NCBI GenBank assembly: GCA_964016885.1
Contig: OZ024743.1
Location: 2,232,001-2,296,000, forward strand
DNA: 64,000 nt
Direction of reading: 5' to 3'
DNA from: Eledone cirrhosa
Lineage: Eukaryota
Under the pieces are notes generated by a model. The model made no database searches. It had not been told where the DNA came from and worked only from the letters and a program-made list of their open reading frames with translations. Position numbers and translations under genes: made by a program. Positions 25,046 to 37,646 of the stretch are shown here, one piece after another (the stretch's first letter is position 1; every line of letters begins with the position of its first letter).

Positions 25046-26999
25046 TAAGCAGTGTTCAACTACACAAGCAGGGATCAACTTGGGTTTAGAACTACATAAG
25101 TAGGTGTCACTGCATAAAGTTAGATTTAGAACTACACAAGCAAGGTGCAACTACAAGTTACAATAACCACTGGTCCTCTATTATATTCCATATTTCTAAT
25201 GAATGACAGTAAAAAAAACAAGGAGTTAAACAACAATTTAACCTCTATTTCTTACTTTCATATGTGATGCAAATTATATAAATTATAATTTAAATATTAT
25301 TCAACAAAACGTTAGCTAGAATTTTAGAAAACCGATTGAAGAACTAGAAATAAATCACGTAATACATAATAACAATAGTTTTAAGGCCAGAAATGTTAGT
25401 GCTGGGAACAGTCGATTGAATCGACTCCAGTACTTATTCTTTTTATTTTTCACCATCACCCCGTTTTCATCATCATCATCATCATTATTATCATCATAAA
25501 TTTACTGAATTTATTTTTCGAAAATTATTATAGACGCAGGGTGATTCTGGATTCAGTCACGACGCTGGACACTTGGGCAAGTGCCTTCTATTCTAACTTC
25601 TGGTTAATCAATGCCTTGTGAGTGAAATTCAGTAAACAGAAACTGTAAAAGCCCGCGCTAACTTAAGAGGTTCGAAACTAAAAAGAGCTCGATAAAATAA
25701 GTACCAAACTTTGAAGAAATAAGTACTGGGGGTCGATATGATTGACTAAACCAAAAGGGTACCCCAGCGTGGCCGCAGTCTAATGACTGAAAATATTAAA
25801 AAAGAGTAAATATTTTCGTGTTGATTACAGATTTTCAATTTACTATTGGTATCTTTATTTTGTAATTTGATGTTTTTAATGAAGCAAAGGGTGTTTTTAA
25901 TCAATTAAACCGATAAAATTAAATTATCATACACCAATAATAACTGGCGGTTTTTTATCACCATGACTGAATAGAATCTTTTTCATAAGTAGCGGATTTT
26001 CTTTGAATAATGCCATCAGCATTCGTTGATTTACAAAGCAAGATAATTTACTTATTGAATCAATCTTTGGGCAGGATGAAAGACTGAGTTGACCTCAGCT
26101 CAGCGGCTTTTGAACTCATAGCGGCATAAGACATAACCAAATATACCTCAACCAATCTAATTCATTCTTATTGTCAACGGTTATTTCTATTTTCAGCTAG
26201 CAATGTGCTATGAAAATATATTGCAAACGTGCAGAAAATGCAAAGAACAGTGTACTTTGCACAAATTAAAAAGTGTACGGGAGCATGATGACTGAACAAC
26301 CGCAAAAAAAATTACAGAGCAGTGCAAGAAATTTCGAAAAGATATTAAGTTCAAAATCTAATTCATGGCTTTATCGATTTTGTTGGAATTAACAATTTTA
26401 GCCAAAAAGTGGATTAAATCCAATCCCAAGTATATGTCAGGTACTTATTTTTATCGACCTCAGAGAGATGAAATCGAAGCTAACCTCCAGCAGGTTTTAA
26501 ACTTCAGAACGCAGACGAACGAAACTAACACAAAGACGTTTTGAATAGTTGGTCTACCACTGCCACCATTCCATCACGTTGATGATGATGATGTTTTCGG
26601 CGATGCTGGTGGTAGCTGTGATGGAGGTGTTGGTGATGAACTGTACCTGCAATTCAAAGAGCCAGTTTTGTCATCACATCCTGTCAACGCTGAACTTGAC
26701 CTAACCTGAAAATTACGTTAACGATAAACGTGTCTACGGAATGCTCAGCCACTTAACGTAAATTTCATGAGTAAACTGGCTATTTCGATGATCGAACAAC
26801 TGGGGCACTCACCGTTGAAACAAACGAAAAACCATCCTATGTTGCCAATGAATATAACCAGCTGTAACCATTTTCCTTTTTATATATCGCTTATATAACA
26901 TCACGTCACATTCCCTAAAATCTTATATAAATCTGTAAACATAAATAAGTAAACCAGTATATTGGTTGTTGAGATTGTTTGTGCAACAACTAGTCGTAA

Positions 27000-27850
27000 T
27001 AAACAGGTGTAATAAAATTTTTATGACTAGTCTTACTACACACAATATTATATTTATGACTTGAGACGTAATACACAGCTGCATAACATGTCTATGACTA
27101 GAATTTTAGCACACACAACAATAGTAATATGTTTATGACAAGTGTGTTACTATAGAACATAACTCAAATAACGTTTATGGCTAGTCTTACTACACACAGT
27201 ATGTTTATAATTTGAGTCGTAATAATACACAGCTGTAATAACATGTTTATGGCTAGAAGTTTACTACATAACAGTAGTACTAATAGAACATAACACAAAT
27301 AACGTTTATGACTAGTCCTACTACACACAACACAAGTAATAACAGTATATTTATTACTATGATCTTCCTACAAAAGAACAGTAATAGCAATATATTTATG
27401 ACTAGTCTTACAACACGACAGTAATAACAGTTTATGACTATAGTCATACTAAAACACGGCAGTAATAACTATGTTTATGACTAGTCTCACAACACAACAA
27501 TATATTTATGACTAGCGTCTTACAACACAAGAGTAATAACAGTATGTTTCTGACTACAGTATGTCTTACTACACAACAACAGAAATAACCGTATATTTAT
27601 GATTTAAGTCTTGCTACAACACAACAGTAATAATATAATTATGACTAGAATCTTACTACACAACCCAACTGTAATAGCAGTATATTTATGACGAGTTTGC
27701 TACAAAGCAGTAACAACAGTATGTTTATGACAAGTCTTGCTACAACACAACAGAAACAAAAATATATTTGAGAATATAGTCTTGCTATAACACAACACGA
27801 ATATATTTATGACAAGAGACAACACAGCAGTAATAAGTGTTTATAACTAG
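27000..27850. repeat. Diverged ~40-60-bp minisatellite
   Basis: Recurring tatrtttatgactagtcttactacacacaacagtaataacag. Confidence 0.85.
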
Positions 27851-27940
27851 TCATGCATCATATCAACCATTTACAATATATTCCACACACAAACGAACAC
27901 AACCAATATATGCTGGTTGTTTATATTGAAATTCTATTAA

Positions 27941-28008
<68 letters not shown>

Positions 28009-28010
28009 AT

Positions 28011-28419
28011 CTAAGGCGGGTAAAATTCCCGAGATCCATGGACGAGTTCTCTCCAGCGGTCTCTGTCCCTCATTATCGCTGCCATGTCCTGCGTCTCCAA
28101 CAGACCAGTGTCTGTCCTTAGGGCATCAACATACGTTAACCTTGGTCTTCCTCTTCCAGTGTGTCCATGTAGGGGCTCCCAAAGGAGCACTGAGTGCAAT
28201 GTCAACTCTGGATGTCGGTGAGCATGTCCAGCTAACCTCAGTCTCCTCTGTGTCACTTTTGAGCTGACTTTTGGGATGCTCCCATACAGCTCTGAGTTTT
28301 TCATCCTCAGTGTTTACTGATTAATGTTCAGAGCCATCCTCAGCATTCTCGTGTAGCACCCATCCACCATCTGAGTGAGTTTCTTGGTCAGTGTCCAAGT
28401 CTCAGACCCATACAGCATA
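28011..28419 (-). mobile_element. RTE-like LINE 3' fragment between (TA)n tracts
   Basis: MLYGSETWTLTKK...CYTRMLRMALN...RRLRLAGHAHRHPE...LLWEP..G..GRGRPRLTYVD. Confidence 0.88.
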
Positions 28420-28646
28420 TATATATATATACAGCATATATACATATATACACACACACATATGAATTCATATGCATTCACACATGCATATACATGTATA
28501 TAATATACACTTGCATGTATATATACATGCATGTGTATATATATAATATACACATGCATATATACAATATACACATGCATATACATGTATATATACAATA
28601 TACACATGCATATACATGTATATATATATATACACATGCATATGTT

Positions 28647-28682
<36 letters not shown>

Positions 28683-28716
28683 TATGTTTGTATATATATA
28701 TATATATATATATATA

Positions 28717-28867
28717 GGAAAATTGTCAGGACCTCGACGGCTGAGCTCCGGCCGTTTCGACAGCTAGATCCGAACTCGGGGTCCTGGCTCTTTTCCTATT
28801 ACTACAACCCTACGTATCGAGTAGTCTTGTGCGTTATGGTCCACCTGGTTTCTGACAACACCTTTGT

Positions 28868-28870
<3 letters not shown>
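28717..28870. other. GC/CpG-rich structured 150-bp island between (TA)n and (AG)n
   Basis: Ends TGTCAG...CTGACA (28724-28857); 13-bp stem gtcaggacctcga/tcggggtcctggc enclosing two hairpins. Confidence 0.55.
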
Positions 28871-28911
<41 letters not shown>

Positions 28912-28949
28912 TAGAGAGATTATATATACATATATATAAAACATATGCA

Positions 28950-29585
28950 TAGATGTATATATATATAACATCCACACATACATGTATATATATACCATTT
29001 ACACATATGCATATACATGTATATATATACCATTTACACATATGCATATACATGTATATATATATACCATTTACACATATGCATATACATGTATATATAT
29101 ACCATCTACACATATATGTATATATATACCATCCACACATATGCATATACATGTATATATATATACCATTTACACATATGCATATACATGTATATATATA
29201 TACCATTTACACATATGCATATACATGTATATATATATACCATTTACACATATGCATATACATGTATATATATACCATCTACACATATATGTATATATAT
29301 ACCATCCACACATATGCATATACATGTATATATATACCATCTACACATATGCATATACATGTATATATATACCATTTACACATATGCATATACATGTATA
29401 TATATATACCATTTACACATATGCATATACATGTATATATATATATACCATCTACACATATATGTATATATATACCATCTACACATATGCATATACATGT
29501 ATATATATACCATCTACACATATGCATATACATGTATATATATACCATCTACACATATACATATATATATATATATATACATGTA
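28950..29585. repeat. ~35-37-bp minisatellite built from (TA)/(CA) microsatellite
   Basis: cat(t/c)tacacatatgcatatacatg(ta)n-c repeated; looser versions at 28420-28715 and 29745-30060. Confidence 0.92.
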
Positions 29586-29590
29586 TATAT

Positions 29591-29742
29591 AATTGTTTCT
29601 ACTTTAGGCACAAGGCCAGCAATCACCCAGTGCATTACTGGTACTTTATTTTATCGACCCCGTAAGGATGAAAGGCAAAGTTAACCTCGGCGGGATTTGA
29701 ACTCAGATCATAAAGGGACGTAACTATGCTGGAAAGCATGGC
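29591..29742 (-). mobile_element. Young short-form SINE, 5'-truncated
   Basis: Nearly identical to the reverse complement of 45995-46150. Confidence 0.88.
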
Positions 29743-30659
29743 TGTATATATAATATCGACACATATGCATATATAAGTATATATACCATCCACACATATA
29801 CATATACAAATATATATACCATCCACACAATGCATATACATGAATATATATATATATATATAACATCCACACATATGCACATGTATACATATAACATTCA
29901 GATATATAACATTCAGACATGCACATACATGTATACATATACATGTATATATATCATCCATAGATACATATGCATATATATAACATTCACACATATGCAT
30001 ATATATAAAACATCCACACATATGCATATAACATCCACACATATGCATATATATATATAAACAGAATTTAAATATAAATAACTAACAGAAGAAAAAAACC
30101 GTCAAAATCTAAAGTGCCACGAAAATGTGTTTTCGTTGGATAAACTAGAAAAATATGTGACTATATACAAACAATCGTTTTATTATGAAAATAGCATTTG
30201 TATAACTCATTATATAAATTAGAATTGTTTACAATAAATACATTTATCTGGTGTCATTGTAAACAAGATATGTTGACAATCAACATAAAAAAGATAGTAT
30301 GCTTATTTTAAAATGTTGTTTAACCACCAAAATCACGAACCAAATAAGGGAGTGGACAAATTAGATATATTCCAGGTTTATGGAAAACGAAAATACAGTT
30401 AGTTCAACACAATTTTTGGATACAATTAGATATATTTATATATTATTATCATACCAGTAATGTACTGGTTTATTGCTGGCCTTGTGCCAAAAGTAGAAAC
30501 AATTATCATTATTGGTTTTGCTCTTAGATATAATGCATCTAGGAGTGCATTCAGTAAATATGTCCTTATTTAAAAGAAAAGTGGTGTTGTAATTTAAGGA
30601 ATATCTGACTACTCTTTCTACCTTGTCGAACGACTCCTTATAGACTTGCGTGAATATTT

Positions 30660-30830
30660 AACACAGGGCAACCCTGATTGAGTACACCTATGATCAAGGT
30701 ATTTCAGTTATGACCATCCCGTCATATTTTCAGACCATACATCAGGACTATATTATAAATTGTAACCTTTTTCTTTAAGATAGTAATGGTGTGGTTTCGA
30801 TATTTGACTGTTGTTTCTAGCAGGTCGAGA
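30660..30830 (+). mobile_element. Unclassified dispersed repeat
   Basis: caaccctgattgagtacacctatgatcaagg...tgaccatcccgtc...tttgactgttgtttctagcag; opposite-strand relatives at ~23200-23410, 23770-23930 and 62030-62520. Confidence 0.55.
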
Positions 30831-31589
30831 GAGCAGGGTTAGTAGTTGTCTTATATTTTTCAAACGGCTACCTTACCTAGTGACACATTGGTGTAAGAAA
30901 TGAAATAGAGTGGAATAGAATAAAATAGAAAGTTTCTCTCTCTCTTTACTCTAGGGAACAATTTATTTAATATGTAGCCCGATATGTCTTCTCACGAACG
31001 ACTTCGACATAAATCAATATAACAACAGAATGAAAGAAGATAAAATGAGGAAGACACACAGACATAGATATATACGTATGTATGTATAATATATAGAGAG
31101 AGGAGAGATAGAGAAAAGTCATTTACCTGAATCTGGCTGCTTTTGTGCTATTTATTATGAAGGTGAATATATGTAAATATATATATGAACGATCCGGTCG
31201 GAATATATATTTGTCCTTGTGTATTCAATTTGTGATTTCTTTGTATAAATGAATAGAAAAAGACTTTGCGAGGGAATAAATAAAAAAAACAGTTGTTGCT
31301 GTAAGTCAGCAAATATATATATTTATATATAATATATATGTATGTGTGTGCGTATATATAAAATATAACATATAATATATTACATGTATAGAGTGATGAT
31401 CGTTTAATGGAGGCGATACCACTATAATGAAGTCATACAGTCGTAAATATCCAGTGAATTTAGGTTTGACAAAAACATTGTTTTATTATTATGAATTTTT
31501 TGTATCCAAGATTTAGTTTATTAGAAAAATGGCTGTTAGCCACCATTTCTAGTAGTAGACATATCGGCAAATTTAATGAATATGAGAGG

Positions 31590-32200
31590 AAAATAATGGA
31601 GGAGGTAAGAATATGCCGAGGAAGAAGTAGAATATACAATGAGAGGGATGGTCCGAGGTTAGATAAGAGTAGAGAGGGAGGAACTTCGGAGGAAGGGAAT
31701 GAGGAGTATATATAGAGGTAGCAAAGAGAATAAGAGGAGGAAGGGCGGGAATGAGGAGGGGGGAATTGTGGCTTACAAAACATATATTGTGTAATAGGGG
31801 GGAGTTGGAGTGGTGACTGTAAATGTGAGGAAGTGAAGGTAATAGAAGATAAGGAGTGGCTGATAGTGTGTGGTAAAAATATACAAGAGTGAGAGAGAGA
31901 GGGTGGGTGGAGAGAGACAGATAGATCAATAGAGTAGAGAAATGAAAAATTATAGAGAGGGGGATACAGAAATATCAATAGAGTGAATGTACAGAGAGAA
32001 AGAGAGATTATAGATTAAAGGTACAGAAAGGGAGAGGGGGTGAAGAAAGAGCTGTTGAGACAGAGAGATCAATAGATTAAATATATGGAAAGAGAGGGAG
32101 TTGTAGAGAGGAAGATATCAATAGATTGAAGATACAGAGAGGTAGAGAGAGTTGACAGACGAAGAGAGTAAACAAAGAAAGAGAGGGGGTTATGCGGAAA
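31590..32200. repeat. Purine-rich (GA) low-complexity tract
   Basis: Strong G+A bias on the + strand with recurring atcaatagattgaa/gagagaggg motifs. Confidence 0.8.
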
Positions 32201-33041
32201 AAATCTGATATGAGATAAGTCAAGATCCAGGAATTTAGAAAAATCAGATAAAAATTAAAACAGACACAAGTCCAATAGTTATACAACATACTTTGAAAAA
32301 TAATAAAATGACAAGTAAATATATGAGGTTTATTTTTGATAATTTCGTACCATCCATGGAAACCGTAACTCCTGAGGGAATGGTAGAGGCGCTGTTTTAA
32401 ACCTAACAAGAGCCCATCCTTCCCCAAGTACAGACGATTTCTTCCAAAGAGGGAGAAAAAAGTTATAGAGGAAGAATCGACCCCAGTATTGAACTGGTGT
32501 TTTATTTATCGACTCAGAGGTCAGAGACCCGAAACGAATATTGCAAAGCATTCTATCTGACGTGCTTAACAACCCTGCCACTTCGCTGCCTTAGTGAATT
32601 ACCGGAATGGACCTCCGTCGTTTTCAACGATGAGTGTTTCAATTATTATATCTATGGAGTAGCCTACTCTTGAAATTGATGTGTAAGTGGTTGAGAACTC
32701 AACGGAAACGTGTACCCATAACGTAATTCTCAGGGAGATTCAGCGTGACACTGACATGGTTGGCCCTTTTGCATTGCAGATTCAATACAGTCCATTCGGC
32801 GGGCTTCCAAACAGTTTCCGTCTACCTCACAAGGCAATGATGTCACGCGATGGGATTGAACCCGAGTCCTAATGATTGCAAAGCGACCCTTGTAACCATT
32901 CGACCATGCTAAGTCCAGAGTGCTCAGACGAGAGATGATTTAACTCTCTGATCTAAGGTGAGCCAAGTAAGCGTTTATATCAAATACATGTCTCCCTAGA
33001 CCATTCGCTTCACTTCAAATTTTAAACCAAAAGATAAAAAC

Positions 33042-33231
33042 ATAATTGTTTCTACTTTTGACACAAGGCCAGCAATTACCCCAGTGCATTACTGGTACTT
33101 TATTTTATCGACCCCGTAAGGATGAAAGGCAAAGTTAACCTCGGCAGGATTTGAACACAGAATGGCAAGGGCCGTAACTCTGTGCGTCAAAGCATGGCGT
33201 CCGACCCTCTACCGATACTGCCAATCCACCG
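33042..33231 (-). mobile_element. Full-length short-form SINE
   Basis: Head (cggtggattggcagtatcggtagag) through tail (gtagaaacaattat) on the minus strand. Confidence 0.9.
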
Positions 33232-33497
33232 AGATAAAACCATAATGATGATGAATTAATAACAGAAGAAAAGAAAATATAGAAATAAACAGGAAATACA
33301 ACGGATTCTGAAGACCAAAGCATTGATTAGACAGCATTCTAAAATTGATCCGCTTACCTTTGAAATAACACCGTTGGGTTTGAAATAATTTAGTATCAAA
33401 ATACACCAACACTCATCCACCTTCAGGGCTAATTATTTTCAACAAGTCAAAAATAACTGCCAAAGGCGATATCCTGTCTAGATATCTTCATTTTATT

Positions 33498-33537
<40 letters not shown>

Positions 33538-36084
33538 ACCAAAATAAATTGCCTAAGACCAGCTGGCAAATAACAAACGTGTACTGATAAAATATAAACG
33601 CAAATAGCAAGGGGTGAGAAAGATAACCTAGATGGAAATTGATTAAAGTCCCGTTTTGCCGTTTTGGATAAATAGTACAAGAGAGAGAGAGAATTAGGTG
33701 AATTATGGATATGGTAAAAGGAAGGAGAGAGTAGAATTATTAACGAAGATACATACACGTGTCTTAGAGTCCACGTGCATTTCTGGCAGCAGGCGAAGGT
33801 GAGCATTATAAAGGGTGTGTGTGTCTGCATTGCCTGTCTAGTAGTGCTGCTTCTACTACAAGAATTCAATGTTGCCATGTAGTAAAGCAGCATAAAGCAA
33901 CTACTATTTGTGAGGGGGGTATGCTTTTGTATATATTTTTTACTAGTTAAATGCTAACTTCACCGTTACTACCTGCATGTAGTTTATTTTTAAGCATTGT
34001 TATTATTAGTATTAAAAATAAAAATACATGAAGATAACGGTAAACGTATAGTATTTAACTGTAGTAAAAAAGAGTAAAAAAAATCTAAATAGTTTTGTTG
34101 TTATTATTATCAAATTTAATTCTAGTGTCCAGCAGCTATATACGGAACCTAATCATATATTCAATCTAATTATAGTGACTATAACAGCAATATATGTGTA
34201 TATCTGCACTAACTGCTACTATTACGATGTCCCTCGTTGCATCAGTAGCATAGCAGAAGTCTGAGAATCAATGATTAGAATATTGCCGTAACAAGGCAAT
34301 TATTTGTCATATTTGCATAACGAACTAGAAACTAGGTTAATCTTTAAATGAGATTTAGACTACAGCAAGGCTGTTAACAGCTGGTGTGCACTAGAAACGT
34401 GCCACCATCTGCAGAAGGCATCAAATGTATTCAACAGATACCACATAGCTTCTTAAATATCGATGACTGTCATAACGGCCTAAGTTACAATGATTGATAT
34501 CCTGAAAATACATTAGATGCATTTGTATATAGCAATTATTTATAACACTAGTAGTCTCGTGCCGTCAATAATGCCAGCGATATCGTTGAATGTGTAAACC
34601 TTTCGTTACCATATTTTTAATGAAAGACACTGCCTATGTCTTTCATCATTTCATTGCCATACTTCTAGTGAAAGACAACCTCTGTCGTTAACTCTTTCTT
34701 TCCATATTTCTAATGAAAGCCACTGCTATTACTATTTAACCCTTCCATTACTATATTTCTAATGGAAAACAGATTGTGTCTTTATACTTTCATTACCAAA
34801 TTTCTAATTAAAGACAATGCCTATGACCTTAACCTTTTCATTACTAGATTTTTAATGTAAGGCTGCCTAACATCTTCAAATAATTTTGAATATAATCAAG
34901 GATTTGAAGGAATTTAGTAATATAATTAACTCTCTCATTATTAAGCTGATGTTTGAAACATAACTTAAATGTTCTTAGATAAAATTATAAAGGAAGGTAA
35001 ATATAAACACTTTAAAATAAACAGTTTTGTATTACAGGTATCAAGGCAGCTTCAGACATTTGGTACCAAAACAGCTAATTTTGGGAGTCCATGATTGGTA
35101 TACCATATATACCAGAATTACCAGATATACAGGCAGGGAAATCTACATTCCGATAAATGAATGATTTGCATAGGAGAAACCCTATAGTTTATGTTGATTA
35201 TTAACACATGAAAATGATTAAGGATAAGAGTGATATTTGAATCATTTATTTTTAGGATATAATTATATAAATGTTCAACATATATGTACAAATGACATAC
35301 AGGATTAAATGTATGAGTAATATTGGAGAAATAACTCTTTACATGGACAAATATAGAGTTAGAACCCATGACCTTGTGACTGGGATATGATTTTCTTATT
35401 GTAGCAACAAACCAAAAAAAAGCGTATGAGCAGGACCTAGTCACCAGACCAATCTGGCCTCAGCATGTAACTGCCATCTAACCCATGCAAGCATGGAAAA
35501 TAGACATTAAATGGTGATGAAGAATATGAAATCCTCCCCACACATTATATACCCACATTAGCAGTCATTTTACTTATACACTACATCTGATTCCTCTTAT
35601 ATCCAGCTTTTATTTCAGCTCATTTGTGCTCCATCAGTTATGCCTACTAACATTACACATCGAACAGCAAGCATCTTTCATTTCTTTCTAGCTTTCAAAA
35701 ATCCTCCATATTCAAGGTCTATTCCTAGCTACCATACAGCATCAAACTTAGTACACTATCATTATACGATCTTCCTTATAAAAATACAAGAAACTTATTG
35801 GAATGTTGAAATGATTGCAGTTCATAAAAGTCTTCCAACAAAATGTTACTCTAACACAAATGACATTTAACTACAGAAACATTTAAAAAGCTTTTAAATA
35901 ATAAAACATTTATCAGACATTAAACATGTCTGAAAAGTTTTAGTAATTTTGTGTTGTGTAGGTAAACTATAGAGCTAAAAATAATTATAAAATTTGCAGA
36001 ACTATTTAACCTACACATGCTAGCATGACAAGAAAAAACTACAAAATATTAGCATTTTACAAATTCATACTGTAGTGTGATATG

Positions 36085-36260
36085 TTATTAGAATGAGGAA
36101 AGCCAACCAGTGGGAGACCCAGACGTAGACCACAAGCAAGATTGTTGGATAATATCCATGAGCTTGGTTGATCTCACTGGGAGATCCACCTGAATTATTT
36201 TGACATGTTTGCTTCTGATAAGACCCTCTGCAAGGCATGTCTAGAGACTCTACCCCCACA
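36085..36260 (+). mobile_element. 3' remnant of the RTE family seen at 7795-8680
   Basis: ccaaccagtgggagaccc...atccatgagcttggttgatctcactggggagatcc resembles 8543-8610. Confidence 0.55.
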
Positions 36261-37460
36261 ACCCTCTCAAGAATAAGATACTGTAGTACAGGAGTCATGA
36301 TAAAATGTACCCAGTACATGCTGTAAAGTGGATGCCATTACAAAGAGCATCCAGCCATAGAAACCAAGCAAAAACAAAGTATACAAGCAAGACATAGTCA
36401 CCTGCTATGTCTAGCATCAGTATGTGACAGCCTAACTTAATAACTAGAAAGGACATCCAGCCATAGAAACCAAGCTGAAAATGTACCATACAAGCAAGAC
36501 ATAGTCACTTGCTCTGCCTAGCCCCAGTAGGTAACAGCCTGTTTAGCCCACGCAAGCATGAAAAATAGATGTTAAATGGTGATCATGATGATGGTGATGA
36601 TGGTACTGACTATTCTGTCAACAAATAAAGGTAAAGCTTATAAAACTGTATAGTTCAACAATTAAAAAGAGACTTGTTTCAGCGGGTTACAATTTTTTTT
36701 ATCTGTAACTGAAACTGGTTTCTAGGAAAATTAAAATAGAATAAGAAAACATTACAGCAATACAACAAGATGAAACATAATAGTATCATTGATGATGTCA
36801 CAAGTGTGTGACAAATGAACTCTGAGAAACTATATTTATATCTATATTTTTAACTGTTGATCAACCAATGATAAACATTGATTGCCAGCTGAATTAATTG
36901 TAGAAATATAAAATACACTGAAGCGAAAAGCAACCCAAACCAAACAGTGAGTGTGTTTTACTATATATTTCTGACAATATTATAACAACATGACCCTCCC
37001 CAAATATAATAATCTCATATAATTCAAATTATAAAAGCATAATATAATTAAATTATATTATGTAAATTAGATAATATAATTTCTAGAACAACTAAGGAAC
37101 AAACAACCACAAGTATCCTAGAGATACTCTTCAGTCAGATTTAAGCTGATAAAACAAAACTAAGCAAAATGTTAATTAAACAGAAATCTTTAAAATATTA
37201 ATTAACAAAATGTCTTCAAATCTAAAGACACTGAATGTTCTATTATGGACCAATACTATAAAAACAACAACTTTTTAAAAGTTAAATTTAGAATTTAACA
37301 CTATTGCAACCATATTTCTATAAAAGACACTGCTTATGATTTTAAGAAAATTTTGAAAATAATCAAGAATTTGGATAGGTTTAGTAATATAACTAACTTT
37401 CTCATTATTATGCTGGTGTTTGGAACATAACTTAACAAAGGTTTTTATATAAAATTATAA

Positions 37461-37646
37461 CTGTTTCTACTTTCGGCACAAGGCCAGCAATTACCCCAGT
37501 GCATTACTGGTCCTTTATGTTATCGACCTCGTAAGGATGAAAGGCAAAGCTAACCTTGGCGGGATTTGAACTTAGAACGTAAAGGGCTATAACTATGCTG
37601 CAAAGCATAGTGTCTGACGCTCTACCGATACTGCGAAACCACTGCC
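37461..37646 (-). mobile_element. Full-length SINE with 19-bp target-site duplication, nested in MITE family B
   Basis: tttttatataaaattataa at 37442-37460 and 37647-37665. Confidence 0.9.

Noticed and set aside
28953-29684. ORFs of 191-243 aa rich in Y/I/H/T/C
   Set aside because: Translations of a TA/CA minisatellite open in all frames. The same applies to ORFs at 6748-7088, 18214-18463, 47815-48178 and 60365-60771.
31460-31978. 172-aa and 118-aa minus-strand ORFs
   Set aside because: Products of the CT-rich low-complexity strand (S/L/P rich); no domain.
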